Shown: piece after piece, positions 1 to 8,442 of the stretch
Position numbering within the stretch: the stretch's first letter is position 1
Layout: the number at the start of each line of letters is the position of its first letter
The notes under the pieces: model-generated
What the model was told of the DNA's origin: nothing
The model's database searches: none
Seen by the model: the letters and a program-made list of their open reading frames with translations, nothing else
Assembly: GCA_020628545.1 (NCBI GenBank)
Contig: JAHDEX010000005.1
Span: 29,401-93,400, forward strand
Origin: Paracoccaceae bacterium
Lineage (GTDB): Bacteria; Pseudomonadota; Alphaproteobacteria; Rhodobacterales; Rhodobacteraceae
Length of the DNA: 64,000 nt
Direction: 5' to 3'
Translations under genes and position numbers: made by a program

Positions 1-345
1 TCGGGCTTGCGGGAGTTTTTGGGCGATACGGCAGGGACGCTGAAGGTCACGAACCTCGCCAAGTGGAAAACGACGGTGCAGATGGTGGCACTGGCGGTTC
101 TGTTTGCGAAAGGCGCGTTTGAGCATTTCCTGATCGAGCAGACCGTGGGCATGGATCAGGCGATGATGGATGATATCATCGCGGGCGTGATCCCGGATGA
201 AATCGGGTTGGGCTGGAAATGGCTCGGCTGGAATATCAGCTGGTACGGCGGGATCGTCCTTTTGTGGATCGCGGCGTTTCTGACCTTCGTGACCGGATGG
301 GACTACTTCAGGAAAGCGATGCCTTATCTGAGAGGTGCCAAATGA
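1..345 (+). CDS. pgsA: CDP-diacylglycerol--glycerol-3-phosphate 3-phosphatidyltransferase, C-terminal part (5' end outside the window)
   Basis: The ORF is open from the window edge (track 7..345, frame 1). It has a hydrophobic C-terminus typical of CDP-alcohol phosphatidyltransferases. Its stop overlaps the moaD start (ATGA). The pgsA-moaD-moaE order is common in alphaproteobacteria. Family call by eye only. Confidence 0.65.
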   Translation, partial: SGLREFLGDTAGTLKVTNLAKWKTTVQMVALAVLFAKGAFEHFLIEQTVGMDQAMMDDIIAGVIPDEIGLGWKWLGWNISWYGGIVLLWIAAFLTFVTGWDYFRKAMPYLRGAK

Positions 346-590
346 TTGACGTGATGTATTTCGCCTGGGTGCGGGAGCGGATTGGTTTGCCGAAAGAGCA
401 GGTTGAAACAGATGCTGTGACGGTGAACGATCTGGTTGCGGAACTGGTCGCGCGCGAAGAGCGCTACGCAGCGGCTTTCGCCGACACGGCGGCGCTGCGG
501 GTGGCCATTGATCAGGAGTTGACCACCTTCGATGCGCCGCTTGCGGGTGCACGCGAGGTCGCCTTCTTTCCACCGATGACAGGCGGCTGA
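342..590 (+). CDS. moaD: Molybdopterin synthase sulfur-carrier subunit MoaD
   Basis: 82 aa read from the internal ATG of track ORF 219..590. It ends in the diagnostic C-terminal GG (..FFPPMTGG) and sits immediately upstream of moaE. Confidence 0.85.
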   Translation: MIDVMYFAWVRERIGLPKEQVETDAVTVNDLVAELVAREERYAAAFADTAALRVAIDQELTTFDAPLAGAREVAFFPPMTGG

Positions 591-591
591 G

Positions 592-1050
592 ATGGATATC
601 CGCGTGCAGGCCGAAGCGTTTGATGCGGGAGCAGAGCTGAACGCCTTTGCGCGCGGTCGGACTGACGTGGGGGCTGTTGTCACTTTCAGTGGGCTGGTGC
701 GGGATGTGGCGCATGGCCTGAAAGTGATGGAGATCGAGCATTATCCGGGGATGACTGCCAAGGCGCTGGAGGCGATTGCGGCGGAGGCCAAAACGCGCTG
801 GTCGCTGGCGGATGTGCTGGTGATCCATCGTTACGGCGCGCTGCACCCCGGTGATCAGATCATGATGGTGGCGACAGCGTCGTCGCACCGCGCGGATGCT
901 TTTGCGGCGGCGGATTTTCTGATGGATTACCTGAAGTCCCGCGCGCCGTTCTGGAAGAAAGAAACGACCGGCAAAGGAGATGCCTGGGTCGCATCCAAGG
1001 ATGAGGACGAAGCCGCCCTTCATCGCTGGGATGAGCCTGGTCTGACCTAA
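592..1050 (+). CDS. moaE: Molybdopterin synthase catalytic subunit MoaE
   Basis: 152 aa with the MoaE-like stretch ..VVTFSGLVRD..HYPGM..VATASSHRADAFAAADFLMDYLKSRAPFWKKE.. The start lies 1 nt after the moaD stop. Confidence 0.9.
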   Translation: MDIRVQAEAFDAGAELNAFARGRTDVGAVVTFSGLVRDVAHGLKVMEIEHYPGMTAKALEAIAAEAKTRWSLADVLVIHRYGALHPGDQIMMVATASSHRADAFAAADFLMDYLKSRAPFWKKETTGKGDAWVASKDEDEAALHRWDEPGLT

Positions 1051-1171
1051 AGGAACGCCCGTGCCGGGCGTGCGACAAATTTGGTTTGGTCACGCTGGTG
1101 TTGCGCGCGCGGCGGCTGCGGGACGCCTTCGGCGGGAAGGTATTTTTAGCAAGAAGAAGACGGGGTCATGG

Positions 1172-1735
1172 TCACTTGCCATAGCGGTGGCAAGTGGTGA
1201 GGTGGTCGTTGATCAGCCCACAGGCCTGCATCCAGGCATAGACGATGGTGGGGCCGCAAAATTTGAAACCCGCCTTTTTGAGGTCCTTTGAGACCTGTTG
1301 AGAGAGCGGGGTTTGCGCGGGAACCTCTGCTTTGGTTTGCCAATGATTGATCAGCGGTGTGCCATCGACATAGGACCACATGAGGGTGGAGAAGCTTTGG
1401 TCCGCTTCAATCTTTTGCCAGGCACGGGCGTTGGTGATGGTGGCTTCGATCTTGCCGCGGTGGCGGATGATGCCGGGATTGGCCAGAAGGGTCTGCACCT
1501 CGGCCTCGCCCCAGGCGGCAATCACATTGGGATCAAAGCCCGCAAAGGCGCTGCGAAAGTTGTCACGTTTGCGCAGGATCGTGATCCAGCTCAGGCCGGC
1601 CTGAAACCCATCGAGGATCAGCTTTTCCCATAGGGCCCGGCTGTCGTATTCCGGCACGCCCCATTCGGTGTCGTGGTAGGCCTGGTAAAGGGGATCATCG
1701 CCAGCCCAGTCGCAGCGCGGCACCTGCATGTCCAT
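1172..1735 (-). CDS. tag: DNA-3-methyladenine glycosylase I
   Basis: Tag hallmark motifs are present: CDWAGDDPLYQAYHDTEWGVP..LILDGFQAGLSWITIL.. I trimmed track ORF 1172..1846 to the MDMQVPRC start. Confidence 0.85.
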   Translation of the reverse strand: MDMQVPRCDWAGDDPLYQAYHDTEWGVPEYDSRALWEKLILDGFQAGLSWITILRKRDNFRSAFAGFDPNVIAAWGEAEVQTLLANPGIIRHRGKIEATITNARAWQKIEADQSFSTLMWSYVDGTPLINHWQTKAEVPAQTPLSQQVSKDLKKAGFKFCGPTIVYAWMQACGLINDHLTTCHRYGK

Positions 1736-1815
1736 GTTGTTTAACCTCAGATTAGGTCGTTTCGGGCAAGGATGTCGCAAGCACCCAGCCTTGCCAAGAG
1801 CGGGAGGAGAACAGC

Positions 1816-2604
1816 GTGGACCTCGCGGATCGAAGCGACCCCCCATCGGACCCGTTTCAGGCGGCCGTCGCCAGCCGTGATGCGGATGTCATGACGCTTG
1901 TCACCGAAGCTGTGGCCGCAGGGCGGACGCGCATGGCGTTTCAGCCGATCATTCTGGCCGCCGACCGGCAGATGACCGCCTTTCATGAGGGGTTGATCCG
2001 GCTTCTGGATGAAACAGGCCGCGTGATCCCAGCCGCACAGTTCATGCCGGTGGTCACCAATACTGCGCTGGGGCGTGAGATTGATTGCATGACGTTGCAA
2101 CATGCCTTCCGATTGCTCAAGAAGCGCGATGATCTGCGGCTTTCAATCAATGTATCGGCCCGGTCGCTGGCAGACGGCAAGTGGCGCGAGACGCTGTACC
2201 GGGGGCTGGATGACAAGGGCAACCTCGGCGACCGGCTGATTTTTGAAATCTCGGAAGAATCCGCGATGCAACTGCATGAAGTGGTGATCCGGTTCATGTC
2301 AGAGGTGCAGCCGAAGGGGGTGGCCTTTGCGCTGGATGGGTTTGGCGCTGGGATGACGGCCTTTCGACATTTGAAGGATTTCTTTTTCGACCTGGTGAAA
2401 ATCGACAAGAGCTTTGTGCGCAATATCGCCACCAATCCGGATAATCAGGTGCTGGCCGAGGCGCTGATCATGGTGGCTCATCAGTTTGAGATGTTTGTCG
2501 TCGCTGACGGAGTGGAGACGACCCATGATGCGCAGGTCCTGTCGGACATGGGCGTGGATTGTCTGCAGGGGTACTTTTTCGGGGTGCCCAAGTTTCAGCT
2601 CTGA
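1816..2604 (+). CDS. Stand-alone EAL-domain protein (c-di-GMP phosphodiesterase family, possibly degenerate)
   Basis: GTG start. The EAL-domain landmarks are FQPI..HEGLIRLL..LSINVS..FEISE..ALDGFGAG..KIDKSFV..ADGVET..LQGYFFGVP. No GGDEF or sensor domain is present. Confidence 0.85.
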   Translation: MDLADRSDPPSDPFQAAVASRDADVMTLVTEAVAAGRTRMAFQPIILAADRQMTAFHEGLIRLLDETGRVIPAAQFMPVVTNTALGREIDCMTLQHAFRLLKKRDDLRLSINVSARSLADGKWRETLYRGLDDKGNLGDRLIFEISEESAMQLHEVVIRFMSEVQPKGVAFALDGFGAGMTAFRHLKDFFFDLVKIDKSFVRNIATNPDNQVLAEALIMVAHQFEMFVVADGVETTHDAQVLSDMGVDCLQGYFFGVPKFQL

Positions 2605-2770
2605 TCGCCGATATGCCGCTGCGGCAAAGCGGGGTTGCGTGCCCCTGAATCGGATTGCCCCTTGGGAAAGGACTCCGTAGATAGGGCGCAAGCGACAGGT
2701 TGGGGCCTGCTTCGCGCTTTGGTGGTTGGGCCCTGAGATGTCATTGACATAGCCAAGGGAGGACTCACCC

Positions 2771-3946
2771 ATGACCAACGTAGTAATTGCATCCGCCGCA
2801 CGCACCGCTGTCGGCAGCTTTGGCGGCGCATTCGCCAATACACCCGCTCATGACCTCGGGGCCGCAGTTCTTGAAGCCGTTGTTGAACGCGCTGGCATCG
2901 ATAAAGCAGAAGTGTCTGAGACGATCCTCGGCCAGGTCCTGACGGCAGCCCAAGGTCAGAACCCGGCGCGTCAGGCGCATGTGAACGCAGGTCTGCCAAT
3001 TGAAAGCGCGGCTTGGGGCATCAACCAGGTGTGTGGCTCCGGTTTGCGGGCTGTGGCGCTGGGCGCGCAGCACATTCAGTTGGGTGACGCGACGATCGTG
3101 GCTGCTGGTGGGCAGGAAAACATGACGCTCTCGCCCCATGCGCAAGCCATTCGTGCCGGGCAGAAGATGGGTGACCTGAAGTTCATCGACACGATGATCA
3201 AAGACGGCCTCTGGGATGCTTTCAACGGCTACCACATGGGCCAGACGGCAGAGAACGTCGCTGAAAAGTGGCAAATCAGCCGGGATCAGCAAGACGAGTT
3301 TGCAGTCGCCTCTCAGAACAAAGCGGAAGCCGCCCAGAAAGCTGGCAAGTTCGCAGATGAGATTGCGGCCTTCACTGTGAAGACCCGCAAGGGCGACATC
3401 GTCGTCGATAGCGATGAGTACATCCGCCACGGCGCCACGATGGAAGCGATGCAGAAGCTGCGTCCAGCGTTCACGAAGGACGGCTCCGTCACCGCGGCGA
3501 ACGCATCGGGCCTGAACGATGGTGCGGCGGCGACCCTGCTGATGTCGGTCGAGGATGCTGAAAAGCGCGGCATCAAACCTTTGGCACGGATTGCATCTTA
3601 TGCGACGGCAGGTCTTGACCCTGCGATCATGGGTGTTGGTCCTGTCAATGCGTCTAAGAAGGCACTCGAAAAAGCGGGTTGGAAAGTCGGTGATTTGGAC
3701 CTCGTTGAAGCCAACGAGGCCTTTGCCGCACAGGCATGCGCTGTGAACAAGGAAATGGGCTGGGACCCGGAGATCGTGAATGTGAACGGCGGCGCGATTG
3801 CCATTGGACATCCGATCGGCGCATCCGGCTGCCGCGTGCTGAACACGTTGCTGTTTGAAATGCAGCGCCGGGACGCCAAAAAAGGGATCGCCACGCTGTG
3901 CATCGGCGGTGGTATGGGTGTCGCGCTTTGCGTTGAGCGCGACTAG
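2771..3946 (+). CDS. phaA: Acetyl-CoA acetyltransferase (beta-ketothiolase)
   Basis: 391 aa thiolase with N-terminus [19 protein letters not shown], active-site region [10 protein letters not shown] and C-terminus [13 protein letters not shown]. It is followed by phaB. Confidence 0.92.
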   Translation: MTNVVIASAARTAVGSFGGAFANTPAHDLGAAVLEAVVERAGIDKAEVSETILGQVLTAAQGQNPARQAHVNAGLPIESAAWGINQVCGSGLRAVALGAQHIQLGDATIVAAGGQENMTLSPHAQAIRAGQKMGDLKFIDTMIKDGLWDAFNGYHMGQTAENVAEKWQISRDQQDEFAVASQNKAEAAQKAGKFADEIAAFTVKTRKGDIVVDSDEYIRHGATMEAMQKLRPAFTKDGSVTAANASGLNDGAAATLLMSVEDAEKRGIKPLARIASYATAGLDPAIMGVGPVNASKKALEKAGWKVGDLDLVEANEAFAAQACAVNKEMGWDPEIVNVNGGAIAIGHPIGASGCRVLNTLLFEMQRRDAKKGIATLCIGGGMGVALCVERD

Positions 3947-4060
3947 CCTTGAATGGGACGGGGCGGCTGAAACGCCCCGTCACGACTGCGCAATGAAATT
4001 GCGTGCATCTGATTATTCAGATAACAAAATTCCAACATCAATTCTCTGGAGGAGACACTC

Positions 4061-4786
4061 ATGTCACGTGTTGCACTCGTCACCGGCGGTTCGCGCGGTA
4101 TCGGCGCTGCTATTTCCAAAGCTCTCAAGGACGCAGGCTGCTCTGTCGCCGCGACTTATGCGGGCAACGATGAGAAGGCCAAGGCCTTTACCGACGAAAC
4201 CGGCATCAAGACCTACAAGTGGAACGTTGCCGACTACGATGCTTGCGCAGCTGGTGTGAAGCAGATCGAGGACGAGTTGGGCGGCGTTGATATTCTCGTC
4301 AACAACGCAGGCATCACCCGCGACGCGCCGTTTCACAAGATGACGCCCGAGCAGTGGCACGAATGTATCGACACCAACCTGAACGGTGTCTTCAACATGA
4401 CCCACAATGTGTGGGGCGGGATGCGTGAGCGCAAGTTCGGGCGCGTTGTGACGATTTCGTCGATCAACGGTCAGAAAGGCCAGTTTGCGCAGGCGAACTA
4501 TGCTGCGACCAAGGCAGGCGATATCGGCTTTACCAAAGCATTGGCACAAGAAGGTGCGCGTGCGGGGATCACCGTGAACGTAGTCGCACCGGGCTACATC
4601 AACACGGAGATGATGAGCACAATCCCTGAGAAAGTGATGAACGAAGTGATCCTGCCACAGATCCCTGTCGGCCGTCTGGGTGAAGCGGAGGAGATCGCGC
4701 GCGCGGTCGCCTTCCTTGCGTCCGACGACGCGGGCTTCATCACGGGTTCGACGATTTCTGCGAACGGTGGTCAGTACCTCGCTTAA
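4061..4786 (+). CDS. phaB: Acetoacetyl-CoA reductase (SDR)
   Basis: 241 aa with TGGSRGIG, NNAGITRD and YAATKAG (YxxxK). This is the classic PhaB architecture, directly after the thiolase. Confidence 0.9.
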   Translation: MSRVALVTGGSRGIGAAISKALKDAGCSVAATYAGNDEKAKAFTDETGIKTYKWNVADYDACAAGVKQIEDELGGVDILVNNAGITRDAPFHKMTPEQWHECIDTNLNGVFNMTHNVWGGMRERKFGRVVTISSINGQKGQFAQANYAATKAGDIGFTKALAQEGARAGITVNVVAPGYINTEMMSTIPEKVMNEVILPQIPVGRLGEAEEIARAVAFLASDDAGFITGSTISANGGQYLA

Positions 4787-4810
4787 GCGGCGCACTCGCC
4801 AAGAACCGAA

Positions 4811-4839
4811 AAGGCCGGTCAGTGCGACCGGCCTTTTTA
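4811..4839 (+). terminator. Rho-independent terminator after phaB
   Basis: 10-bp stem AAGGCCGGTC / GACCGGCCTT with a 5-nt loop, followed by a T-run (TTTAT). Confidence 0.8.
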
Positions 4840-4884
4840 TGATCCCGTATATGGGAGGGGATGGGATCAGGTTTGATCTGTGCC

Positions 4885-5022
4885 TTAGGCTGTTTGCGCG
4901 CCCTTTGGGGCTTTTGCAGTCCAGGTGAACAGGTCTGCAAACATGTGACGCAGCACGTTGCTGCGTTCTGCGTGGGCTTCGTTCTTCAGGCGGCGCAGCT
5001 CTGGGTTCGTTGCGATCATCAT
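4885..5022 (-). CDS. Small hypothetical protein (45 aa), divergent from a LysR regulator
   Basis: This is the internal MMIATNPELRRLKNEAHAERSNVLRHMFADLF.. start of track ORF 4885..5106. On the minus strand it is preceded by a strong SD (AAGGAGACAGACA-ATG). No family recognised. Confidence 0.45.
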   Translation of the reverse strand: MMIATNPELRRLKNEAHAERSNVLRHMFADLFTWTAKAPKGAQTA

Positions 5023-5125
5023 TGTCTGTCTCCTTCGTGGGACAAGTGAAACTTTCTGATCCCAATATGGCGATGCGCCATTAAACTGACAAACGAGACT
5101 TTTCATCCGTTCAGTTAAGATATAC

Positions 5126-6073
5126 TTGAGTGATATGGTTGAGCGTCTTCCACCCCTTACAGCGTTACGCGCCTTTGATGCAGCCGCGCGTCACATGTCT
5201 TTTGCGAAGGCCGCTGACGAACTAAACGTGACGCCTGCAGCACTGTCGTTTCAGATCAAATCGCTTGAAGAGCATTTGGGGCACCCGCTGTTTCATCGAT
5301 TGAACCGGGCAGTTGAACTAACTGATTCCGGCAAGGCGCTGGCGCCCGGTGCGGCGGAAGGATTTGTGACGCTGGCCAAAGCGTGGTCTGATGCGCGGCG
5401 GCTTCACGATACGCGGACGCTGACGGTGACGGCGGGGCCGGGGTTTACGTCTAAGTGGCTCGCACCGCGCCTGTTTCAGTTTGCGCAGAATAACCCGGAT
5501 ATTGACCTGCGGTTTTCAGCCAGCCTCAAAATCGTCGATTTCAATGTGGATGAGGTCGATCTGGCGATCCGCTTTGGGCAAAGCGGGGATACCGGGCTGT
5601 TTCAGCGGGACATCATTGATGAATGGGTGACGCCGATGGTCGCCCCGTCCCTCGCAAGTCAGATTCGGACCCCGGAAGACCTGATGCAGATCCCTCTACT
5701 GCATCAGGATGACACAGCGTTTCTGCGCCCCAAGGTTGACTGGGACGCTTGGTTTGAGGCGGCAGGGCTTGATGCACCTGTTACGGCAGGAACCCACTTC
5801 AGTCAGGCTGATCACGCGGTGAATGCTGCCCTTTCCGGTGGCGGTGCGATGCTTGGACGCATTTCGATGACGGAGCGGCACATCAATGAAGGCCGCCTTG
5901 TCATGCCATTCGACCTGTCGCTGTGGAGCAATGCGAAGTATCGCTTTGTCTGTCCAGACGGCACGGAAACCCGCCCACAGGTCGCGCGTTTTATGGCTTG
6001 GGTGATGGAAGAGGTGGCAGCGATTGAGGAGATTACGGCGACGCGCCGCTTTGCAGTGCCAAAAATCGCCTGA
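5126..6073 (+). CDS. LysR-family transcriptional regulator (GcvA-like)
   Basis: N-terminal HTH LPPLTALRAFDAAARHMSFAKAADELNVTPAALSFQIKSLEEHLG. TTG at 5126 or ATG at 5135 could be the start. Confidence 0.85.
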   Translation: MSDMVERLPPLTALRAFDAAARHMSFAKAADELNVTPAALSFQIKSLEEHLGHPLFHRLNRAVELTDSGKALAPGAAEGFVTLAKAWSDARRLHDTRTLTVTAGPGFTSKWLAPRLFQFAQNNPDIDLRFSASLKIVDFNVDEVDLAIRFGQSGDTGLFQRDIIDEWVTPMVAPSLASQIRTPEDLMQIPLLHQDDTAFLRPKVDWDAWFEAAGLDAPVTAGTHFSQADHAVNAALSGGGAMLGRISMTERHINEGRLVMPFDLSLWSNAKYRFVCPDGTETRPQVARFMAWVMEEVAAIEEITATRRFAVPKIA

Positions 6074-6125
6074 ATCTGGTCGGATGGCGCATCAACCGCG
6101 CCACCCTCTGCTTCAATTGGGAGTG

Positions 6126-6296
6126 TTATTGAGCGCTGAGTCGCGAGATTTCTTCTTTCAGGTGGAGCTTTTGCTTCTTCATTTGAGCAATTTCGAGATC
6201 GTCGATCGCGGGATTACGCTGCATATTTTCAACGTTTTCAGATAGGGATTGGTGCTTTTTCTTCAGTTCCTGCAAATGCGAACTTAAGCTCATCAT
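6126..6296 (-). CDS. DUF465 (YdcH-like) small coiled-coil protein
   Basis: 56 aa, MMSLSSHLQELKKKHQSLSENVENMQRNPAIDDLEIAQMKKQKLHLKEEISRL. SD GGAGGA lies upstream. Trimmed from track ORF 6126..6383. Confidence 0.75.
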   Translation of the reverse strand: MMSLSSHLQELKKKHQSLSENVENMQRNPAIDDLEIAQMKKQKLHLKEEISRLSAQ

Positions 6297-6409
6297 CGTC
6301 CTCCTGTTGTGTGTTGTGTCTTCAGTGCACCATAAATCTTGCGACCTGTCACGCCGCGGGGCAGAAAAACACTGTTCTGGCATGCTGCCGCTGAAAAGTT
6401 GCTGAATAG

Positions 6410-7198
6410 TTAATCTGCAATGTGGAAAGCGGCGGCATCGCGGAGAATGCGTTGAAGCTGCGGCGTGTAGGCGTCTTGATCGCGTTTGTGATGATCACCC
6501 TCGTGGGTGACGAGCGTGGGCCTCAAGACAAATGGCGCACCCCCGGAATGAATGCCTTGTAGCAAGAAGAGCTTGGGCACAGCGCCTGCGCGCCCTGAAA
6601 TGGGGCGCAAAGTGATGCTGCCAAGGCGGCCTTGCAAGCCGGCCAGGACCTCGGGCAGGCGGGTGATGTTTTGGATCAAGGTAAAATGCCCGTTTGGCGC
6701 GAGACGTTTCAGCCCGATGTCGAGCCACGAAGAAAGCGGTGTGTCGCCCGCAAGTGCGGTTTCGCGCGCGGGTAGCGGCGCCTCAGACCCAGTGCGCCGG
6801 TCAAAGTAGGGCGGGTTCATCATCACGTGCTGGAATTGCCGCTGGCGCAGGTCATGTGGCAGGGCCTGAATATCGGCCGTCACAACGGTCATATCGGCGC
6901 CAAGTGACGTAGCGTTCTTTTGTGCGAGGGCCGCATAGGCAGGCTGGATCTCAACACCCGTCAGGGACAGGCCGTTCACCCTTGTGTGAAGACATAGGCT
7001 GGCCACACCCGCGCCGCATCCAAGTTCCAGTACGGTCTGGCCGGGTTTTGCCGGGACGCTTGCCGCCAACAGCACCGCGTCGATGCCAGAACGAAACCCC
7101 TTGCGCGGCTGATAAACATGCAGTTTCCCGCCCAAAAAGGCGTCATGGGTCAAATCGTCAAAGGTGGGGTTAGTCACGCCCGAGGTCGATTTCCGCAT
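6410..7198 (-). CDS. SAM-dependent N6-adenine methyltransferase, tRNA1(Val) m6A37 (TrmN6/YfiC)-like
   Basis: SAM motif LELGCGAGV and catalytic NPPYF motif. The start is either ATG 7198 or GTG 7177; the latter abuts the upstream gene's stop. Confidence 0.75.
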   Translation of the reverse strand: MRKSTSGVTNPTFDDLTHDAFLGGKLHVYQPRKGFRSGIDAVLLAASVPAKPGQTVLELGCGAGVASLCLHTRVNGLSLTGVEIQPAYAALAQKNATSLGADMTVVTADIQALPHDLRQRQFQHVMMNPPYFDRRTGSEAPLPARETALAGDTPLSSWLDIGLKRLAPNGHFTLIQNITRLPEVLAGLQGRLGSITLRPISGRAGAVPKLFLLQGIHSGGAPFVLRPTLVTHEGDHHKRDQDAYTPQLQRILRDAAAFHIAD

Positions 7199-7388
7199 CG
7201 CGCATGATCGCCTCTGCCATGAACAAATCCCGGTCCGCGACCATCAGCCGCCGGGGCATAATCCCGATGCTGCCTTCCAGAACGCTCATGTTTACGTCAA
7301 ACTGGAATGACGTTATATCCTCGCTGTCCAAGAGGGCGGTGGCGAGGGCCATGACCGTGGGGTCGTTGGTGCGCAGCAGCTCTTTCAT
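7170..7388 (-). CDS. DUF2007-like small protein (putative signal-transducing protein fold)
   Basis: Only the last 72 codons of track ORF 7170..7832 look coding (MKELLRTNDPTVMALATALLDSEDI..). The upstream part is antisense to the prenyl synthase gene. Confidence 0.6.
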   Translation of the reverse strand: MKELLRTNDPTVMALATALLDSEDITSFQFDVNMSVLEGSIGIMPRRLMVADRDLFMAEAIMRDAEIDLGRD

Positions 7389-7442
7389 ACTTTCGACGTA
7401 AGGCCGCCTTTGGCCTTTGTCCATGTCAGACGGAACCAGTTG

Positions 7443-8441
7443 ATGAGTCTCGACCTTGCCGCAACCAAACCGCATGAGCGCTTGGCCGCACTTTTGGCGG
7501 ATGATTTGGATGCTGTGAACACGGTTATTCGAGAGCGGATGGCGTCCAAACACGCGCCGCGCATCCCCGAGGTGACGGCCCATTTGGTTGAAGCGGGCGG
7601 CAAACGCCTGCGCCCAATGCTCACGTTGGCGAGCGCGCGGATGTGTGGCTATGACGGTGTGCATCACATCAATTTGGCGGCGACGGTGGAGTTCATTCAC
7701 ACGGCGACCTTGCTGCATGATGACGTGGTCGACGAAAGTAATCAGCGGCGTGGGCGGCCGACGGCGAACCTGCTGTGGGATAACACGTCTTCCGTGCTGG
7801 TCGGCGACTACCTTTTCGCACGTTCGTTTCAATTGATGGTCGAAACCGGGTCTTTGCGGGTGCTCGACATCCTGTCAAATGCCGCAGCGACGATTGCGGA
7901 AGGTGAAGTGCTACAGCTGACGGCGGCCAGCAATCTGGCGACGACGGAAGAGACCTATACGCACATCGTGCGCGGTAAGACGGCGGCGTTGTTTTCGGCG
8001 GCGACCGAGGTAGGCGGCGTGATCTCCGGACAGGAAGACAGCGTCGTCAAAGCGCTGTTTGACTATGGCGATGCGCTTGGCATTTCCTTCCAGATTGTTG
8101 ACGACTGGCTGGACTACAACGGCACAGACGCAACGGGCAAAGACATCGGCGATGACTTCCGGGAGCGGAAGCTGACCTTGCCAGTGATCCGCGCCGTTGC
8201 GGCCGCTGATGCGGACGAACGCGCGTTTTGGGAGCGGACGATTGGGTCCGGCAAGCAAGCGGACGGTGATCTGGAGCATGCGGTGTCGCTGTTGCGCAAG
8301 CATGGCACGCTGGACAGCACGCGCGAGACCGCGTTGCAGTACGCAGCGGACGCCAAGACCGCGCTTGAGGCGCTGCCGGAGTCTGAGATCCGGGCCATGC
8401 TGATCGATTTGGCCGACTACGTGGTCGCCCGCATCAACTAA
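7443..8441 (+). CDS. ispB: Long-chain all-trans polyprenyl diphosphate synthase (octa/decaprenyl; chain length not determinable here)
   Basis: Both aspartate-rich motifs are present: LLHDDVVDES and FQIVDDWLD. Start placed at MSLDLAATKP (332 aa); the track ORF begins at 7410. Confidence 0.88.
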   Translation: MSLDLAATKPHERLAALLADDLDAVNTVIRERMASKHAPRIPEVTAHLVEAGGKRLRPMLTLASARMCGYDGVHHINLAATVEFIHTATLLHDDVVDESNQRRGRPTANLLWDNTSSVLVGDYLFARSFQLMVETGSLRVLDILSNAAATIAEGEVLQLTAASNLATTEETYTHIVRGKTAALFSAATEVGGVISGQEDSVVKALFDYGDALGISFQIVDDWLDYNGTDATGKDIGDDFRERKLTLPVIRAVAAADADERAFWERTIGSGKQADGDLEHAVSLLRKHGTLDSTRETALQYAADAKTALEALPESEIRAMLIDLADYVVARIN

Positions 8442-8442
8442 G

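Noticed and set aside
2765-3811. 348-aa ORF antisense to phaA. Similar long antisense ORFs lie at 4064..5065, 25364..26368, 34004..34849, 35674..36531, 42998..44116, 47878..49005, 59574..60611 and 62499..63758.
   Set aside because: These are typical high-GC shadow ORFs. They are fully embedded opposite strongly supported genes, have Arg/Gly/Pro-rich composition, and carry no motifs.
7389-7832. Upstream two-thirds of the 220-aa minus-strand ORF 7170..7832.
   Set aside because: It is antisense to the well-supported prenyl diphosphate synthase gene and rich in Arg, His and Gln. Only the last 72 codons (DUF2007-like) look genuine.
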